Shown here one piece after another: positions 50,264 to 64,000 of a stretch of 64,000 nt of DNA. The notes under the pieces were generated by a model, which was not told the DNA's origin, did no database searches, and worked only from the letters and a program-made list of their open reading frames with translations. Made by a program: the position numbers and the translations under genes. The stretch is taken from NCBI RefSeq assembly GCF_006345805.1, contig NC_042999.1:124806001-124870000 (forward strand). Direction: 5' to 3'. How positions within the stretch are numbered: position 1 is the first letter of the stretch; every line of letters begins with the position of its first letter. The DNA is from Octopus sinensis (lineage: Eukaryota).

Positions 50264-52311
50264 TTAAGTTAAACCTTGTTGGAAGCTCATGAAACATGCA
50301 GCAGTCAGTGTTCCCACTGATGACTTTTCTCATTCAGGCACACAGTACAGTGAAATGTTTTGAACTATTACTGTAATGGCTTATTAGCTGACACATAAAC
50401 AATCTGGTTTCTATGACTCATTTAAAGACTACCAAAGCAGTATGGGTGTTTACCACAGCTTACAACAATCATTTACTTGTTGTAGATGTTCTAATGTGAT
50501 GCTATAAAAATATGCTAATACAAAGGATTGTCTTATATGCCAGTTATGAAATTGTCCTTATTAAATTTAATTATTGAAAACATTGTCAAACTGTGATCTT
50601 ACTGCTATATTAATTTTCTGTGTGAACCAGTGACTTACTGTGTATGCGTGACCTTATCTGAGTGAAATCTAACTGGTGTGATAGCAATTACAATACATAA
50701 AACTGAAGACTCACATAAACAATTTTACTGTCTCATAGACATAATTCATGTATTATAAAGAAAATACCTGCTGTAATTTCTCCTACATCATATGTGAAGT
50801 TTTTTGTTTTATACAAGTATACTAGCACAAAATAAAAAAATTTTGGGAATTATTTTAACATTCACCTTGTAGCCCAGCATATAATTTTCTATTTGTATTC
50901 AGAAGTACCCTCCACTTTTCTTTTCTTGGTTTCAACAAGATCCTTGCTTTTTTGGGGGTGGAGTTGATAAAACATAGGAAGTGAGTCACATCTGTCCCCT
51001 AGTTAACCTTTTGTTACCATATTTCTGTTGAAATACACTGCCATTGTTTCATTTCATTTTGAAAATAATGAAAAATATTGTAAAATAACTGTGCCGTTAT
51101 TAAGATGATGTTTTGGGGCATAAATTCAAATGAAATGTTGTTTTTAGATGACTTTAAATTAGGGAGTTTATATCCAGAAATAGGGGTGGTATTGAGCACA
51201 TTGGTATCAAAAGAGCTAAATAAGCTTGTTTACTGTAGGAATGCCACTCTGTTTTAGCAGATTTAAATTTTAAAGCAATGAACCCACCCAACTAATATAA
51301 AAAAAATATATATCTAAATTGTTTAACTTTACTGTCTCAACGACCAATTTTTACATGATATCCATTTACTCTAAACACTTGTATTTTCACTTCTTTTCTA
51401 TAGCTATGAAACTTAGCCCTTATAAATAGTGTATCTATGTCATTTGGTAGTATCTGACAGCTAATATCAGAAAAATATTGATCACTGTGCTACCTAACTA
51501 CAAATGTGTGATCTCCAGTCACAATACCATTTGGCTATGCAGATTGAGATCGTCCTGAAGCATTGTAATAGAAAACATGCTGTAAGTTATTATAACAGAC
51601 ATCGCTTTGGGCTCTGGTTTTAGTATCTTCCGTTTCTACTTATGAGATATGATCAGTTTTAAGTTATATCTGATTTGACTACAACAAATGGCATTACTTG
51701 AGGAGGTATAGGTTTGTCTGAAAGGCAGTCAAAGTTTCCAAGTGAATTCCAATAAAATGTAACTTGACTGTGGATTATTTTCAATTAATATATCTCAATA
51801 TCATATAGATTTATAAGGTGGTGAGCTGGTAGAACCATTAGCATGCCAGGCAAAATGTTTAGTGGCATTTCATCCATCTTTACAGCCTGAATTTGAATTC
51901 CACCAAGGTCAACTTTGCTTTTCATCCTTTGAAGTGTCAATAAAATAAATAGGTACCAGTTGAACACTGGGGTCGATGTAATTGACTTACCTTTCTCCCC
52001 AAATTGCTGGCCTTGTGCCAGAATTTGAAACCAATATCATATAGATTTATTTAGTCCTTAATATTATCTTTAAACTGCTGCTGCACTTATTGCATGATTA
52101 TCTTTGCATCTTCTATAAATAAACTCATCTAATAAATTGTTTACAATCAAAACATCCTTATTCTAAAAAAAATTGTCATTTACTATACCTATATCAAAAA
52201 GTTGTTTTATTAAATATGCTGTATGTATGTAGTTCATTTTCCAACTGAAGTGGACGGAAAGAAACACTAAATTTATAAGTGCTTAAAACCAGTGTTGTGA
52301 ATCATAATCCT

Positions 52312-52675
52312 ATTATTTGCCTTTGCCAAGGCAGAGTTATTGTTTACAGTCATGTTTGTTTGTTTGTCTGTGGACAAGATATCTCAAAAACCGCTGGATG
52401 GATTTGGCTGAAAATTTCAGGGTTGTTTGGTCTTGTGACTTGCACAAACTAATTAGATTTGGGGATTGATCCAATACTGGACAAGGATTTTGGATTATTT
52501 TTCTGGTTTTTTTTTACTTAATTTTTGAGAGTGGTCAGGTTCATTTTTAGTATTCTCATTTGTGAGAGCAGTCGAGTTTATTTCAGATATTTTCATTTTA
52601 AAAATCATCTCTGGCTAATCATTGAGAGGACGTTGGTGCTGCCTTGGCAGAGGTTTGCACTCTCTTAGTGCTTTT
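52312..52675 (+). mobile_element. Helentron-associated non-autonomous element (HINE/DINE-1-like)
   Basis: Subterminal inverted repeats CCTTTGCCAAGG / CCTTGGCAGAGG, a 5' (GTTT/GTCT)n tract, a 3' hairpin GCACT-CTCTT-AGTGC and T-rich ends. Confidence 0.7.
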
Positions 52676-55600
52676 GTTATGATTCTCTTCTGCATCTCAG
52701 TACATTCCACTTATTTATTTTTCTTTTTGTTTTTCTTTCTCAACAACTTTCTATCAATGCTTTTATTGTTTTAAATTTTCATTTTGCTTATTTTTCCCCC
52801 TCCTTTTCCTGCCACACTCCAATGGGTAGAATAACTTATATTTTGCTTATATTTCTGGAGCCAACAACCTGCCAACATATAAAATATGAATCAAGTACTG
52901 CCTACTTTATATTACATACTTTTAACTTCTCAGCTATTCTTGTAGACAGCTTACTGATTTGCAGCAAGCCATGAAGGAACTTATGTCATTCATTCAATTT
53001 GCTAGCAGAGCAGCCAAATATTCCATCAAAACAATTCTTGACTTCATGTGTTTAAACTGTTACAAGGCCTAAATTTTCAGACAGTATACTTAATATATAA
53101 ATTGAATTATAAGAAAGGTGATTGTACAATGAAATTCAACCAAGCTTAATGTCCAGACATATCTCTTTAACATGGTACAATGACCCAATAATAAATGGAA
53201 ACTAAATTTAAAGTTCTGTTTGAAACTTACCAATATTGACTACATCTTTAAGTTTTCTATAGTTGCTAGAATGTTTAACTATTGGCAGAGAACCAGATTA
53301 GCATGCGTTGCACTTTTTAATATACTGAACTGAATCCATTTTATCATTATCATTATAGGTGCAGACGTGACTGTGTGGTAAGAAGTTTGCTTCCCAACCA
53401 CATGGTCTCAGGTTCAGTCCCATTGTGTGACACCTTGGGCAAGGGTCTTCGACTTTAGCCTCAGACCAACCAAAACCTCATGAGTGGATCTGGCAGACTG
53501 AAAGTGAAAGCAGCCCAGTGAGCGTGTGTGTGTGTGTGTGTGTGTGTGACTGTCTTTGTGTTTGTCCCCACCACCACCACCACTGGTGCTGGTGTGTTTA
53601 TATCCCTATAACTTGATTTGGCAAAAGAGACCAATAGAATAAGTACCAGGCTTTAAACAAAAAGAGGTACTGGGGTTGATAGATTCAACTAAAAATTCTT
53701 CAAGGTGGTACCCCAGCATGGCCGAAGTCTAACGACTGAAACAAGTAAAAACAAAAAAATAAGATATAAGATCATTTTAAAATCTACATTTTTATGTTTG
53801 CATTGGTTAGACAAGAGTATGTTGTGCATAGAGATTCATATGCCTGGATTCTCTTCCTGTTGCCAGCCAGCACATATTTTTTAGCAAAGTAATAATCTTT
53901 ATGTCTATCAAACAGTAAATAGCCCAGACATGTTTATGTGCAGATTTGTACACAAATGACACCATATGAATGTCTTTTGTTTATAGAGATTGTGCAACAT
54001 ACCAAAAACTCCTGGACGTGATTTTGCAGTGGCTTGCAAACAAATGACACTGTCAGTAAAGCCATTGGTTACAACCAGCAAATAAACACCTGTGAAGATG
54101 AGGGAAATATGAACTTACACACACACACACACACACTTACACATGCATATATACAATGGGCTTCTTTAGTTACCATCTATCATATCCACTCAAGGTTTTG
54201 GTTGGCTTGGGGCCATAGCAGAAGAAACACACCCAAGGTGGCAAACAGTACGACTGAACCTGAAACAACACATCCAGGAAGAGAACTTCTTAACCAGACA
54301 GCAATGCCTGCCCCTATTGAGTAATTAACTGGCTACTATATGCTGCATGAATTCTATACCAGAACTGACTGAACACCATGTATCACTGGTTGACTGCCTC
54401 TAAAACCTTTGGAGCAACAGAGTTAATTGAACTATCAGTTCACTTAAATGAATAAGCAAAGCCTCATTGAAAGAACATAATGAACTCTTTAATTCATTAC
54501 TAGATTATCAATATTGAATAATATATACAGAGCTGTCAGACCTGTGTGCATTCTGTGCATTAAAGTTCAGATGCACTTGATAGGCAAACAACACTTGCAA
54601 CAGGTTTGACTAACAGTGAGCAGCCAAGAATTAAAACTGTTGTTAACTGCTTGGGCAATTCTCTTAAAGTGCTAAATTCCATTATTCAGGTGACCTAATT
54701 AATGCATTATTGAAAGAATTAATAGCAAATCTAGGTAAAGCTTTAAGCTAATGTTGCAATGTTAATAAATGTCACCATTTTTACTATCTAAATACATTAA
54801 TCTAATTATCGTCATTAGGTTTTATATTTTTTTCCACATAATCATCTAAAAGGAGTCTCCAGTTTATGATATAATACAACAGTAGAATTCAAGGAGACTG
54901 GGGATGATCTGTGTCAGCTAATACTAATACTGAGAGTTCAAAGGTGGAATATATTTGATATAAGGAAGAGAAGTCCTGTTTTGAGCAGAATATTTCAGTG
55001 GAGAGAGGAGAGATGAACTGTTTTACTAGGGTTGCATGATAAATAGAATGGAATAGAATAGCAAGAATGAGGAACAGTTATATCAATGGGGAAACAAATG
55101 TGAGGAGGAGGAGGGAGAGGTAACAAGTATTAGTGAAGGAGAGTGGAATGGTCAGAGTGGCAGTGGGGGAGTGAAGGCTCACCAGCGAATCTATTGTGTG
55201 TGTGTATTTGTATTGTTGTCTCTTTTGTTTCCTCAAGTTACTTGTACACAATTTGCTTCAGTCATGACGCACATTCAACAGATCATATAATATTTAGTTC
55301 ATTAATTCTCCCATTGCTACAAATTCTCAGTTATATGTCATTATATACCTTTATAGGAGAAAAGTTTTCACTAAGACAGTCATATCACTGCCTATAAGTG
55401 CAAGTGTAGCTGTGTACTTAAGAAGCTTGCTTCCTAACCATGTAGTCTTGGGTTCAATCTCACTGTGCTCCACATAAGGCAACCAAAGCCTTGTGAATGG
55501 ATTTGATAAATAGAAACTGGCCAACCAAAGCCTTGTGAATGGATTTGATAAATGGAAATTAGCTAACCAAAACTTTGTGAATGGATTTGATAAATGGAAA

Positions 55601-58072
55601 CTGAAAGAAGCCCATCTAGTGTGTTTTGTGTGTACCCTTGTCTGGACACCATGTGATGGTTGCAAATGAGCATCTTCCTATGAATGAAGCTGTTCATTTC
55701 CAGTCATCCTTAAAAAACACATCTATCCCTGGAGAAATAATACCTTTAGAAATAGGTGAGGGTTGGTGACAGGAAGTATATCCAGTTGTATAAAATCTAA
55801 CTCAACGGATTTTGCCTGACCCATGCAAGCAAGTAAAAGCAGACATTAACTGATGATAAAGATGACTCCCTGAACTGGTTCAGAAACATTTTGTTTATCA
55901 AAATGATTTATTTTTGGTGATTCACAATTTAGTCTCATACAATGTTTATTCAACAATTCTTATTGTGCAGTTATGGCTGTGTGGTAAGAAGTTTGCTTCC
56001 CCATCACATATGGTTCCTGGTTCATTCCCACTGTGTGGCACCTTGGACAAATGCCTCACGAGTGGATTTGGTTGACAGAAAGTAAAAGAAACTCACTGTG
56101 TGTGTGTGTGTATGTTTGTACCTTGTAAGTTAGTGATTTGGCCATAGAGACCGATAAAGTACCAGGCATAAAAAGAAAATAAGTCCTGGGGTCAATTAGT
56201 GCAGCTAAAATTCCTCAAGTTAGTGCCCCAGCATGGTCACAGTCTAATGACAAAAACAAGTAAGAGATAAAAAATAAAAGATAATTCACTTGATCAGTTT
56301 TTCTAATGCAGGAGATGTGCATTTATACTATAACCATGAATTACACATTCTCACATATCTTGGGGAACTCTCTGACTTAGGCAGGTTTTGATATTGTTTT
56401 GTGATGATTGATCAATTGACACATGGAGAGGTGTTTTGAATGTTTCGTAGTTTGTTGTTGCTTGAGTCGAATGTTTAGTCATTTCAGAAGGACTAGCAGT
56501 TTGAGCTAAAGTGAAATGAACGTAGTTGGTGAGACTTGCATTACGAATAGCTGATGAGATAGCAAGAGATGGGGAAGGGGCTTGATAATGAGCCAGAACA
56601 CTATAAAGAAACTCTACTCTTGTCACATTCTTGGGTGTTCCACTGGGTCATGGGTGAGGAAGATGAGAGGGTGTTTGTGTCTGCTTACAACTACATATAC
56701 ACATAAAGCAAATACGTGAATGCACAGTACATGTTACCAAGCCATACTCACTCACAAGTGACGGCTGGTTGTACTATTTTTTTCTGTTTAGATCACTTAA
56801 CACTGTTAACAGATATCAATGTCCTCTTTGTTTACTGCATCTAGATCAGATAAATAATTTAGATGCTCTACTCTTTATTTGACATTAGAAAATCATAATA
56901 CTGTTCTTAATCTCTCTCTATCTTGGCACTGAATATAAATCTGACATATCTGATATTCTTTTTACGGTTATGTTTGCATGATGCCTTCCTCTCAGTTCAT
57001 TTTAGGTTTTTTATACATTTCATTTTGACTAAAAAAAAAAAAAAGCAGACCAAAATCTTTTTTTAATCAATAAAAAACTAAACGGTTCACCAAATTGACA
57101 TTTCTGTTGCCAGCCATTCAAACCATTAGGTAGTCATCTGTAAAACACAGAAAAGACAGACAATAGAAAATACTTCAGGACAAATATGTTAAAGAAAGCA
57201 ACTTTGAGATTCTGGGTGTCTGGAAGTAGGCCATCAAGAAGACTTGTACATGTTGTTACATGATGAATAAATAATTAGGGGAAAGTACTACACTATTGTA
57301 TTTCAAAGTATTGTATAACTTTAAAGGTATGTTTGTTTTGGTAAATGTGAGGTAAGATCTCATAAGACTTTTTTTTTTGCACATTATAGTTAAATATGCA
57401 TCATATAGTTCAGACTTGAGCAAGCAGAGCTTTTGGTCAAAAGCATTCCAGTTATCATGGCCATCTTTTTCGTTTTTCTTTATAGGCATACTGTATTATC
57501 AAATGTATGTTTTCTATTTTAAGATGATAGGATGAACTTTGATTGCAATTTGGTTGCTATTTCTAGCAGACTGAGCAACATTTTCAGTATCAGAGGTGAA
57601 CTGCAAGTGCATATGAACGTGTAAGGCTACAGCCATTCTGAGACAAAAAAAAAAGTCTTTAATTTTATAAAAATTTTATAAATTCTAAGATACAGACACA
57701 GTCACACTAAACAATATTATGCAATATAAAATTAACAAAAAAATAATGCTATAATGCATTAATTAACCATTTAATTATAATGCTTTGAATACTCTTATCA
57801 AATTAATAACAACTTGTATTGAATTGCTTTGTTCTTAATGTTTAAGTTGGGTTTTTCTTTTGTTTTAATTTTGTATGGGTTTTAAAGAACTTCATCAATG
57901 AGTGGTTTCAAATATGAATGAAATTATTTTCAGTGGGCAAGAAGTGTGGGCTGGGGGAGGGGTTGTCCCCATCCTTGACTTAGAAGCTGCTCTTTTGGCT
58001 CATTAGAAAAACCTGTTCGTGATGTTAGTTGAACTGACTGTTTCATGCTGTTAATTTTCCTTCATTGTGTTA

Positions 58073-58337
58073 GTGAAGGCATGTGGCCTAGTGGTTAGGC
58101 TGTTGCACTCACGATCACTAGATCATGGGTTCGATTCCCAGACTGAATATCATATTGTGTTCTTGAACAAAACTCTACATTTCACATTGCTCCAGCACCT
58201 TTTTTGATTGGTAGTAATGGTGGGGTTGGCCTGCTCACCTACCCAGTGGGGTGGCATCGTCCAAAAGGCTAAAACAATGCAAAGCACATTGTGACCAATG
58301 TGTAACATCTTCTGATAGTCAGGTTGGTCATGTGATG
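58073..58337 (+). mobile_element. tRNA-derived CORE-type SINE (head B + tail 2)
   Basis: GGCCTAGTGGTTAGG A-box and GGTTCGATTCCC B-box. The core is shared with 9098 and the tail with 33617-33736. Confidence 0.85.
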
Positions 58338-58687
58338 TTAGTATGCTTAAGATAAAATTTAATAAAATGGCAATTAAATGAATAAGTATAATTTCTTTAG
58401 TTGAAAACCAGTCTGAAACTATGTACACATCCTGAAAAAAGGTGAATAATAATATCAGAGAGCAACCAATCAAAACATAGAGTAGATGTATTTTGTGGCC
58501 TATTTATAGGAGATGGAGTTGTGCAAATGATCTTTTTTAGGGTCTGCAAAATGGTTGGGAGAAAGTTGTTCTCAGACCAGAGACCTGGACTGAAGACTTG
58601 CAATAGAGTGGACTTCACTAAAGGCACTTGTGGGCCAATTTGTGTTAAAACAGGTTATAAAGTCTCTACCCCAAAATATAAGTTTAA

Positions 58688-58903
58688 TCCTTTAGCATTT
58701 AAGCCAGCCATGTCTGGCTCTAATAGTCTATTTGTTTTACAGTCAAGTCAGCCTGATCTGACCTCTCACATCTACCATACAATATCATTTTAAAAATAAA
58801 CATATCACTGAAATCTTGAAGTTATGTGATAATGTATGATTAATTTAAAACAATGTGAATAAATAAGGATTACATTTGACAGAGTATTCTGAATGCTAAA
58901 AGG
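58688..58903. mobile_element. piggyBac-type (TTAA) MITE
   Basis: TTAA|TCCTTTAGCATT...GAATGCTAAAAGG|TTAA. Confidence 0.82.
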
Positions 58904-59329
58904 TTAAAGATATTTTCACTTCTTAAGATAGGTTGATAATCAAATAAAATTATATACTAATTAATTTGCCACTTATGCATTTAGACATCTTGGTCTCTCA
59001 TTTTTTGTAATATAGTCAAAGAACAAAAAAAAACAAGCTTAAAGAATAATTAACTTTCCATAGAGTTTAATGGCGAAATTATTACATATTTTCTTGCAAA
59101 AATAAATCTTTTAACATAGGATAAGCGACTACATTGCCAGGAAGTTAAGAAGAGAACCTCATCATTTTGTCTAATACCTTTGCTGAATGGTAGTTTATCA
59201 ATCTTCTTTACCCCCATTTGTACAAAGACAACCAAGATTTCAAATCAAAGTGTATCTTATGTGGTTACAATAAATCTTACATAAGCGTCCTCAAGATTAA
59301 GGTATATAGTGTGGATTCAAACAAAACAA

Positions 59330-59590
59330 TAGCATGTCATTTCCTGCCTACTAAATCTATGATCCTATTGGTCCTCAGTTATTGACAATAAGAAAGACTT
59401 CCTGATGTATAAGGAACAGGTATGGAGTGCCTGTAATAAGCTTCGCAACTTGTGGCAGCTCAAATTTTCAAGCTCAACAAGGTTGGCCTTCTCCAGGGCA
59501 TGCACAGGGAACATTCTTCTCAATGGATCTAAACCTGGTCTATGAAGAAGGAACTTCAAGATTACAATGATGATTTCTGCTATTGAAGCT
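59330..59590 (+). mobile_element. LINE fragment (RTE-group, post-RT region)
   Basis: KDFLMYKEQVWSACNKLRNLWQ..RACTGNILLNGS..WSMKKELQD resembles AWxACNKL..LLYGSETW. Confidence 0.65.
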
Positions 59591-62324
59591 GCCAGTCCTC
59601 TTTGAGAGGGGCTATGTTTCTGCTACATATATATGTGCATGTGCACATGCTCTCATATGCACACTCACACTCAAAATGTATGTATATTTGAGGATACTTT
59701 TACTGCATAGTTAAGTTTTTCTCAGTTGTTAATGTTTATTCATAGGTCAGCTTGATCAGAACTGACATTGGGCTAAAAGAATTCCAGCTATGACTAACCC
59801 ATCTTTTTGTACATTAAGGACATTTTTTCTGTTAGGTGTGATTTGAGGAAGAATTGGCTGCTGTTTTTAATTGAGCAAGTGACTTAGAAATTCTAAGTTT
59901 GTATCTCAGTTATTTATTAAACTGGTTTACTCACTTATTTGAGGCTAGAAGCAAAAGAAGAAAAAAACCAAAAAAAAAAACCATTATTAAGACCTATCAA
60001 ACTTATGCAGAAACAAACTGGGTCACTACTATGGTGCAAGTTATTACAAAATTGATTAAACATTAACTTTTATTGCACAGTTTCATGAGTATTCCCACCA
60101 GAGAATTCACTTCTTATAGCAGATGGACATTATTATCTATTGTTTATTTCCTTCAACACCTATTAGTTTAACATTCAAATGTGATAGGGTTGAAGATCGA
60201 TTCTTCTTAATGCCTTTCATTAGGCTTATAGTTGATGTGTTGTGTAAATGTTGAGTAAAATTTAATCAAAGGAAGAAATATTTTATGACAGTAAATTATG
60301 GCTGTAATTTGTATAATTTGAACAAACTAATGAGGGTGTTGCTATTCAGTTGCTGGACATGCTAGAGCAGATAGTTTAATTCTAAATACATTTTGTCTGA
60401 AAAAAAGGATGGGATGCTCACAGATTGAATGCTTTTGATCATAAGTTTGCTTGTTCAGTTTTGACTTGGGGCTAAATACTGTACATTTGAGGATATTTCT
60501 GTTTTTATTATTAAATTTTTCATATGGCTTAGTCACAGGAAAAAGAATGGTGTCCATGAACTTCTGCACAGTGGAGAGAAAAAAAAGCAGTTCCCAGAAT
60601 AGTATTCTAGAAACATTGTATGAAAGACTTGGTCAAAAAACAATAGTGCACCCTGCTAAAGAAACCCAATGACCAAGTGGTGGCATTTGAAGTGGGTAGT
60701 GGTTTAAGTCTAGCACTCAAGTTTATTTTTGTATGCCTGGCATGATACTTTCTTTAACATTGGTTTGCATGTATATAATAATCATCATCATCATTTTAAT
60801 GTTTGCTTCTCCATACTTGCATGGATCAACCAGAATTTGTGGAGGTATATTTTCTATGACTGCATGCCCTTCCTGTCACCAACTCTCATCTCTGTTTCCA
60901 TGCAAGATACTTCCCTAAGGCCTGACATGTTTGCACAGAAGATTGGAAACCAGGATCACTGTTTATATAGTGATGCCCATTTATAACTATTACGTGATTA
61001 CAAGATAAGGAGATGCAAACCTGTGTGGATGATGGGCTTCTTTCAGTTTCTGTCAACCAACTCTTTTTACAAGGCTTTGGTCAGTTTGAGGCTATCATAA
61101 ATGACACTCACCCTAGATGCCATGATGTGGTAGGACTGAACCCAAATCATGTGGTTGAGAAGCAAACTTTGAATCACACAGCCAGGCCTATGTAAGAAAG
61201 ATCTTAAATGTACATACTTGGCCTGTGAGTATATCCTTCAGTGGCTTCATCATGGAAGGTGGGAAAAACTCCAAATATGAAGAAAGAAAAACCTCTAATT
61301 TCGATATCAAGATAATGATTACTTAATGGATTGGTAGAATGATTAGTGCATTAGACAAAATTCTTTGTAGTATTTAGTTATGTTCTGTATTCAAATCCAG
61401 TCACAATCAACTTCATCTTTAATCCTTTAAAGCTTGGTAAAATATGTATCCATTCCTCAAATTTGATGTCTTGTGCTTATGTTAGAAATCAATATTGATT
61501 TACTGGGCAAAACACTTAGCAACATTTTGTCCATCTTTACATTATGAGTTCAAATTCTGCCAAGGTCTGCTTTGGCTTTTATCCTTTTGGGGTCAATAAA
61601 ATAGTTCTAGTTGAGCACTGGGGTCGATGTAACCAACTTACTGCCTTTCCCGAACTTTTGGCCTTGTATCACAATTTGAAACCAATATTGAAGTTATCTA
61701 GTCATAAAATCCAAAGCTAAAAGCCTTATAAAATACACTGTACTAAATTGATAGTCATGGAACAAAAGCATATTGCAGTCACATCCAACCCATATCAGGC
61801 ACCGAAAAGCAGTTAATATGCTGTGGTGAATAAATGAATGGGTAAAATGAGTATAAGATACTTTCCATAGGAATTCAAAATATTTGCAAATGTTTCCTTA
61901 TTTATTTTCTTTGCACCTAAAATTTATTGATATGGCTTATTTTGACATATCTTAATACCCATGATATTTCCAATAAATCTGTCTTAAATAAATAATATAC
62001 AAAGCTCTATTGGGTGTTTGCTTCAGTAATTTGATTCATTACAAAATGGTAATTTATATTTATTTTTTTATTAATGAATGTTTGTGGATACGTGAGCATG
62101 TTTGCTCACATACCCACAATATTCTAGCAACACCACTTTCGTTACTTAACTAGTTAAAGTGAAACTTACTTGTAGCATAGTTTGATTTTTTTTTATTTGA
62201 TATTTTATTTTTCACTGCTGTTATGCTCTCTTGGCTAGTTATGACATACATACACACACACACGCACACATATATACTCTGTCAAGCATGCACACTGACA
62301 TTGCACATTGAATGTGCATTTCAA

Positions 62325-63290
62325 ACATGCACAGGGATGTGCAATGTCATTGTGCATGTTGAACAATGTAAGCATCTTGAGAGAAAAGTTAGTGGTGTGC
62401 AAGAGAGATAAATGTGTTGGTATGGCCATGTGATGCATATGGAGGAGGACAACTGTGTAAAGAACAGAGCTGTGGAGTCAAAACAAAAAATTTAAACTCC
62501 GACTCCTACTATTGGCATCTACAACTCCTCTTTATGTAATTAAGTGATTGTGGTCTACATATCTCATAAAGCATATGCATACGCTTGTACTTTGAGTAAG
62601 CATATATAAATGGTTTATACTAAAGAATAAAGATATTGTGAGTTGGAGTTGGTATAGTTTTACCGACTCCTCCTCCTCCTTAAATGTTTCTGACTCCACA
62701 ACTCCAACCCCACAGCCCTGGTAAAGAAGTGCCGATCCCTGACTGTAGAGGGAACCTATGGTAGAAGTAGACCCCAGAAGACATAGGATGAGGTGGTGAA
62801 GCATGATCTCCGAACTTTGAGCCTCACAGAGGCAATGACTAGTATCCAAGACCTTTGACAATATGCTGTAGTTGAGAAACCCATCAAGCCAAGTGAAATC
62901 ACAGTCATGGCTGATGCTGGTGTTATGTAACCAGAAACTGTGTAGGTGGCACATAAAAAGCACCTTTTGAGCATTGAGCCTCGTGGAGGCAAAGTGGTTG
63001 AGCTCCTTTCGAATGTTGGGTCTCACAGAGGCAATGACCAAGACCTTTGGCATTATGTTGTGCTTGAGAAGACCCATCAAGCCAAGTAAAAATGCAGTCA
63101 TGGTAGATATTGGTGGCACATAAAAGCACCCATTACACTCTGAGTAGTTGGCATTAGGAAGGGTATTAAGCAATAGAAACTATGCCCAAGCAGACTGGAG
63201 TCTGGTGCAGCCTTCCAGTTTGCCAGCTCTGGTCAAGTCATCCAACCCAACCCAGCATGGACAACAGACGTTAAATGATGATGTTGATGA
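62325..63290 (+). mobile_element. RTE LINE 3' part interrupted by a hAT MITE
   Basis: MCNVIVH..CWYGHVMHMEEDNCVK | KKCRSLTVEGTYGRSRPQKT, followed by the family 3' UTR with an internal duplication. Confidence 0.88.
62465..62720. mobile_element. hAT MITE with perfect 8-bp TSD
   Basis: GTAAAGAA|CAGAGCTGTGGAGTC...ACCCCACAGCCCTG|GTAAAGAA, with internal (C)GACTCC subterminal motifs. Confidence 0.92.
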
Positions 63291-63677
63291 TACTGCAGCT
63301 GTGCTGTTTGGCATTTAGATTGTTCTATTACATTTGAAACTAGACAACAATACTTTAAACAATTTATTATTGCTTCTTCCTTCCCTTTTCTATATATGTA
63401 TACATCCTTTGTGTTCTGTTTTTAATTTATATTTGATATATATATAAAATATAAAAGAGAAGGAAGATACATGCATACCTATGTATGTATAATCTGTTTG
63501 TGGACTAATCACAAATGCACCTGTTCCATTTAAATGTTAGTATCTTCAATAATTTCAATAAACTGTCTATTGAGTTATGTCAGTTTCTAGCAGGTGCAAT
63601 ACAAATTTATCTTCATCTCTACCATATCTTCAAAAAACATTTTAAAAATTTCTATACTGGTTTTTTTTTTCATGTTT

Positions 63678-63761
<84 letters not shown>

Positions 63762-64000
63762 TAAATATGTTTTCCTAGACATTTTTATTTATTATAGCCT
63801 TTCATATAACCTCTTTATAAATATTCTTGTTGCCTTCATATTTAGTATAAATGAAATAGGTATGTATATTATAGTGTTATAAATGAACATTGGATTATTC
63901 GACTTCTTTATTTGAGTAAATCAAACCAATATAAATACTATTTTATGTGTATTTATTTTTTGGCATGTTTGGTCGAATTGGCTGATTGCCTGAAGGATAT

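Noticed and set aside
56351-56626. 91-aa non-repetitive ORF as a host exon
   Set aside because: In-frame stop just upstream, no convincing splice frame, and A/C-rich composition resembling a decayed LINE endonuclease region.

Overview
AT-rich, repeat-saturated animal genomic DNA. The SINE/LINE families and dense (AT)n/(AC)n/(CATA)n/(CAT)n microsatellites look like an octopus (cephalopod) genome; this is recognition from memory, not a database result. No intact multi-exon host gene could be assembled, and most ORF-track entries are microsatellite or repeat artefacts. Recognisable decayed elements include an internally deleted Ty3/Gypsy element, a Tx1/L1-like LINE, many RTE LINE pieces, two R4/Dong-like RLE LINEs, at least three Penelope-like (GIY-YIG) elements with hammerhead-ribozyme (HHR) motifs, hAT and pogo transposase relics, several MITE types, a Helentron-type HINE and several tRNA-derived SINE families. 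A CpG-retaining zone at about 35.5-37.4 kb looks like a promoter with candidate first exons. The most interesting structures are a near-perfect 145-bp palindrome carrying a hammerhead on each strand (41287-41431), a nested foldback complex with TTAGGG/G4 tracts (4218-5313), a 2x2 head/tail SINE mosaic, serial SINE insertion at one target site, and decayed EGF/F-type-lectin-like exons. Coordinates were read by eye; repeat boundaries are approximate.
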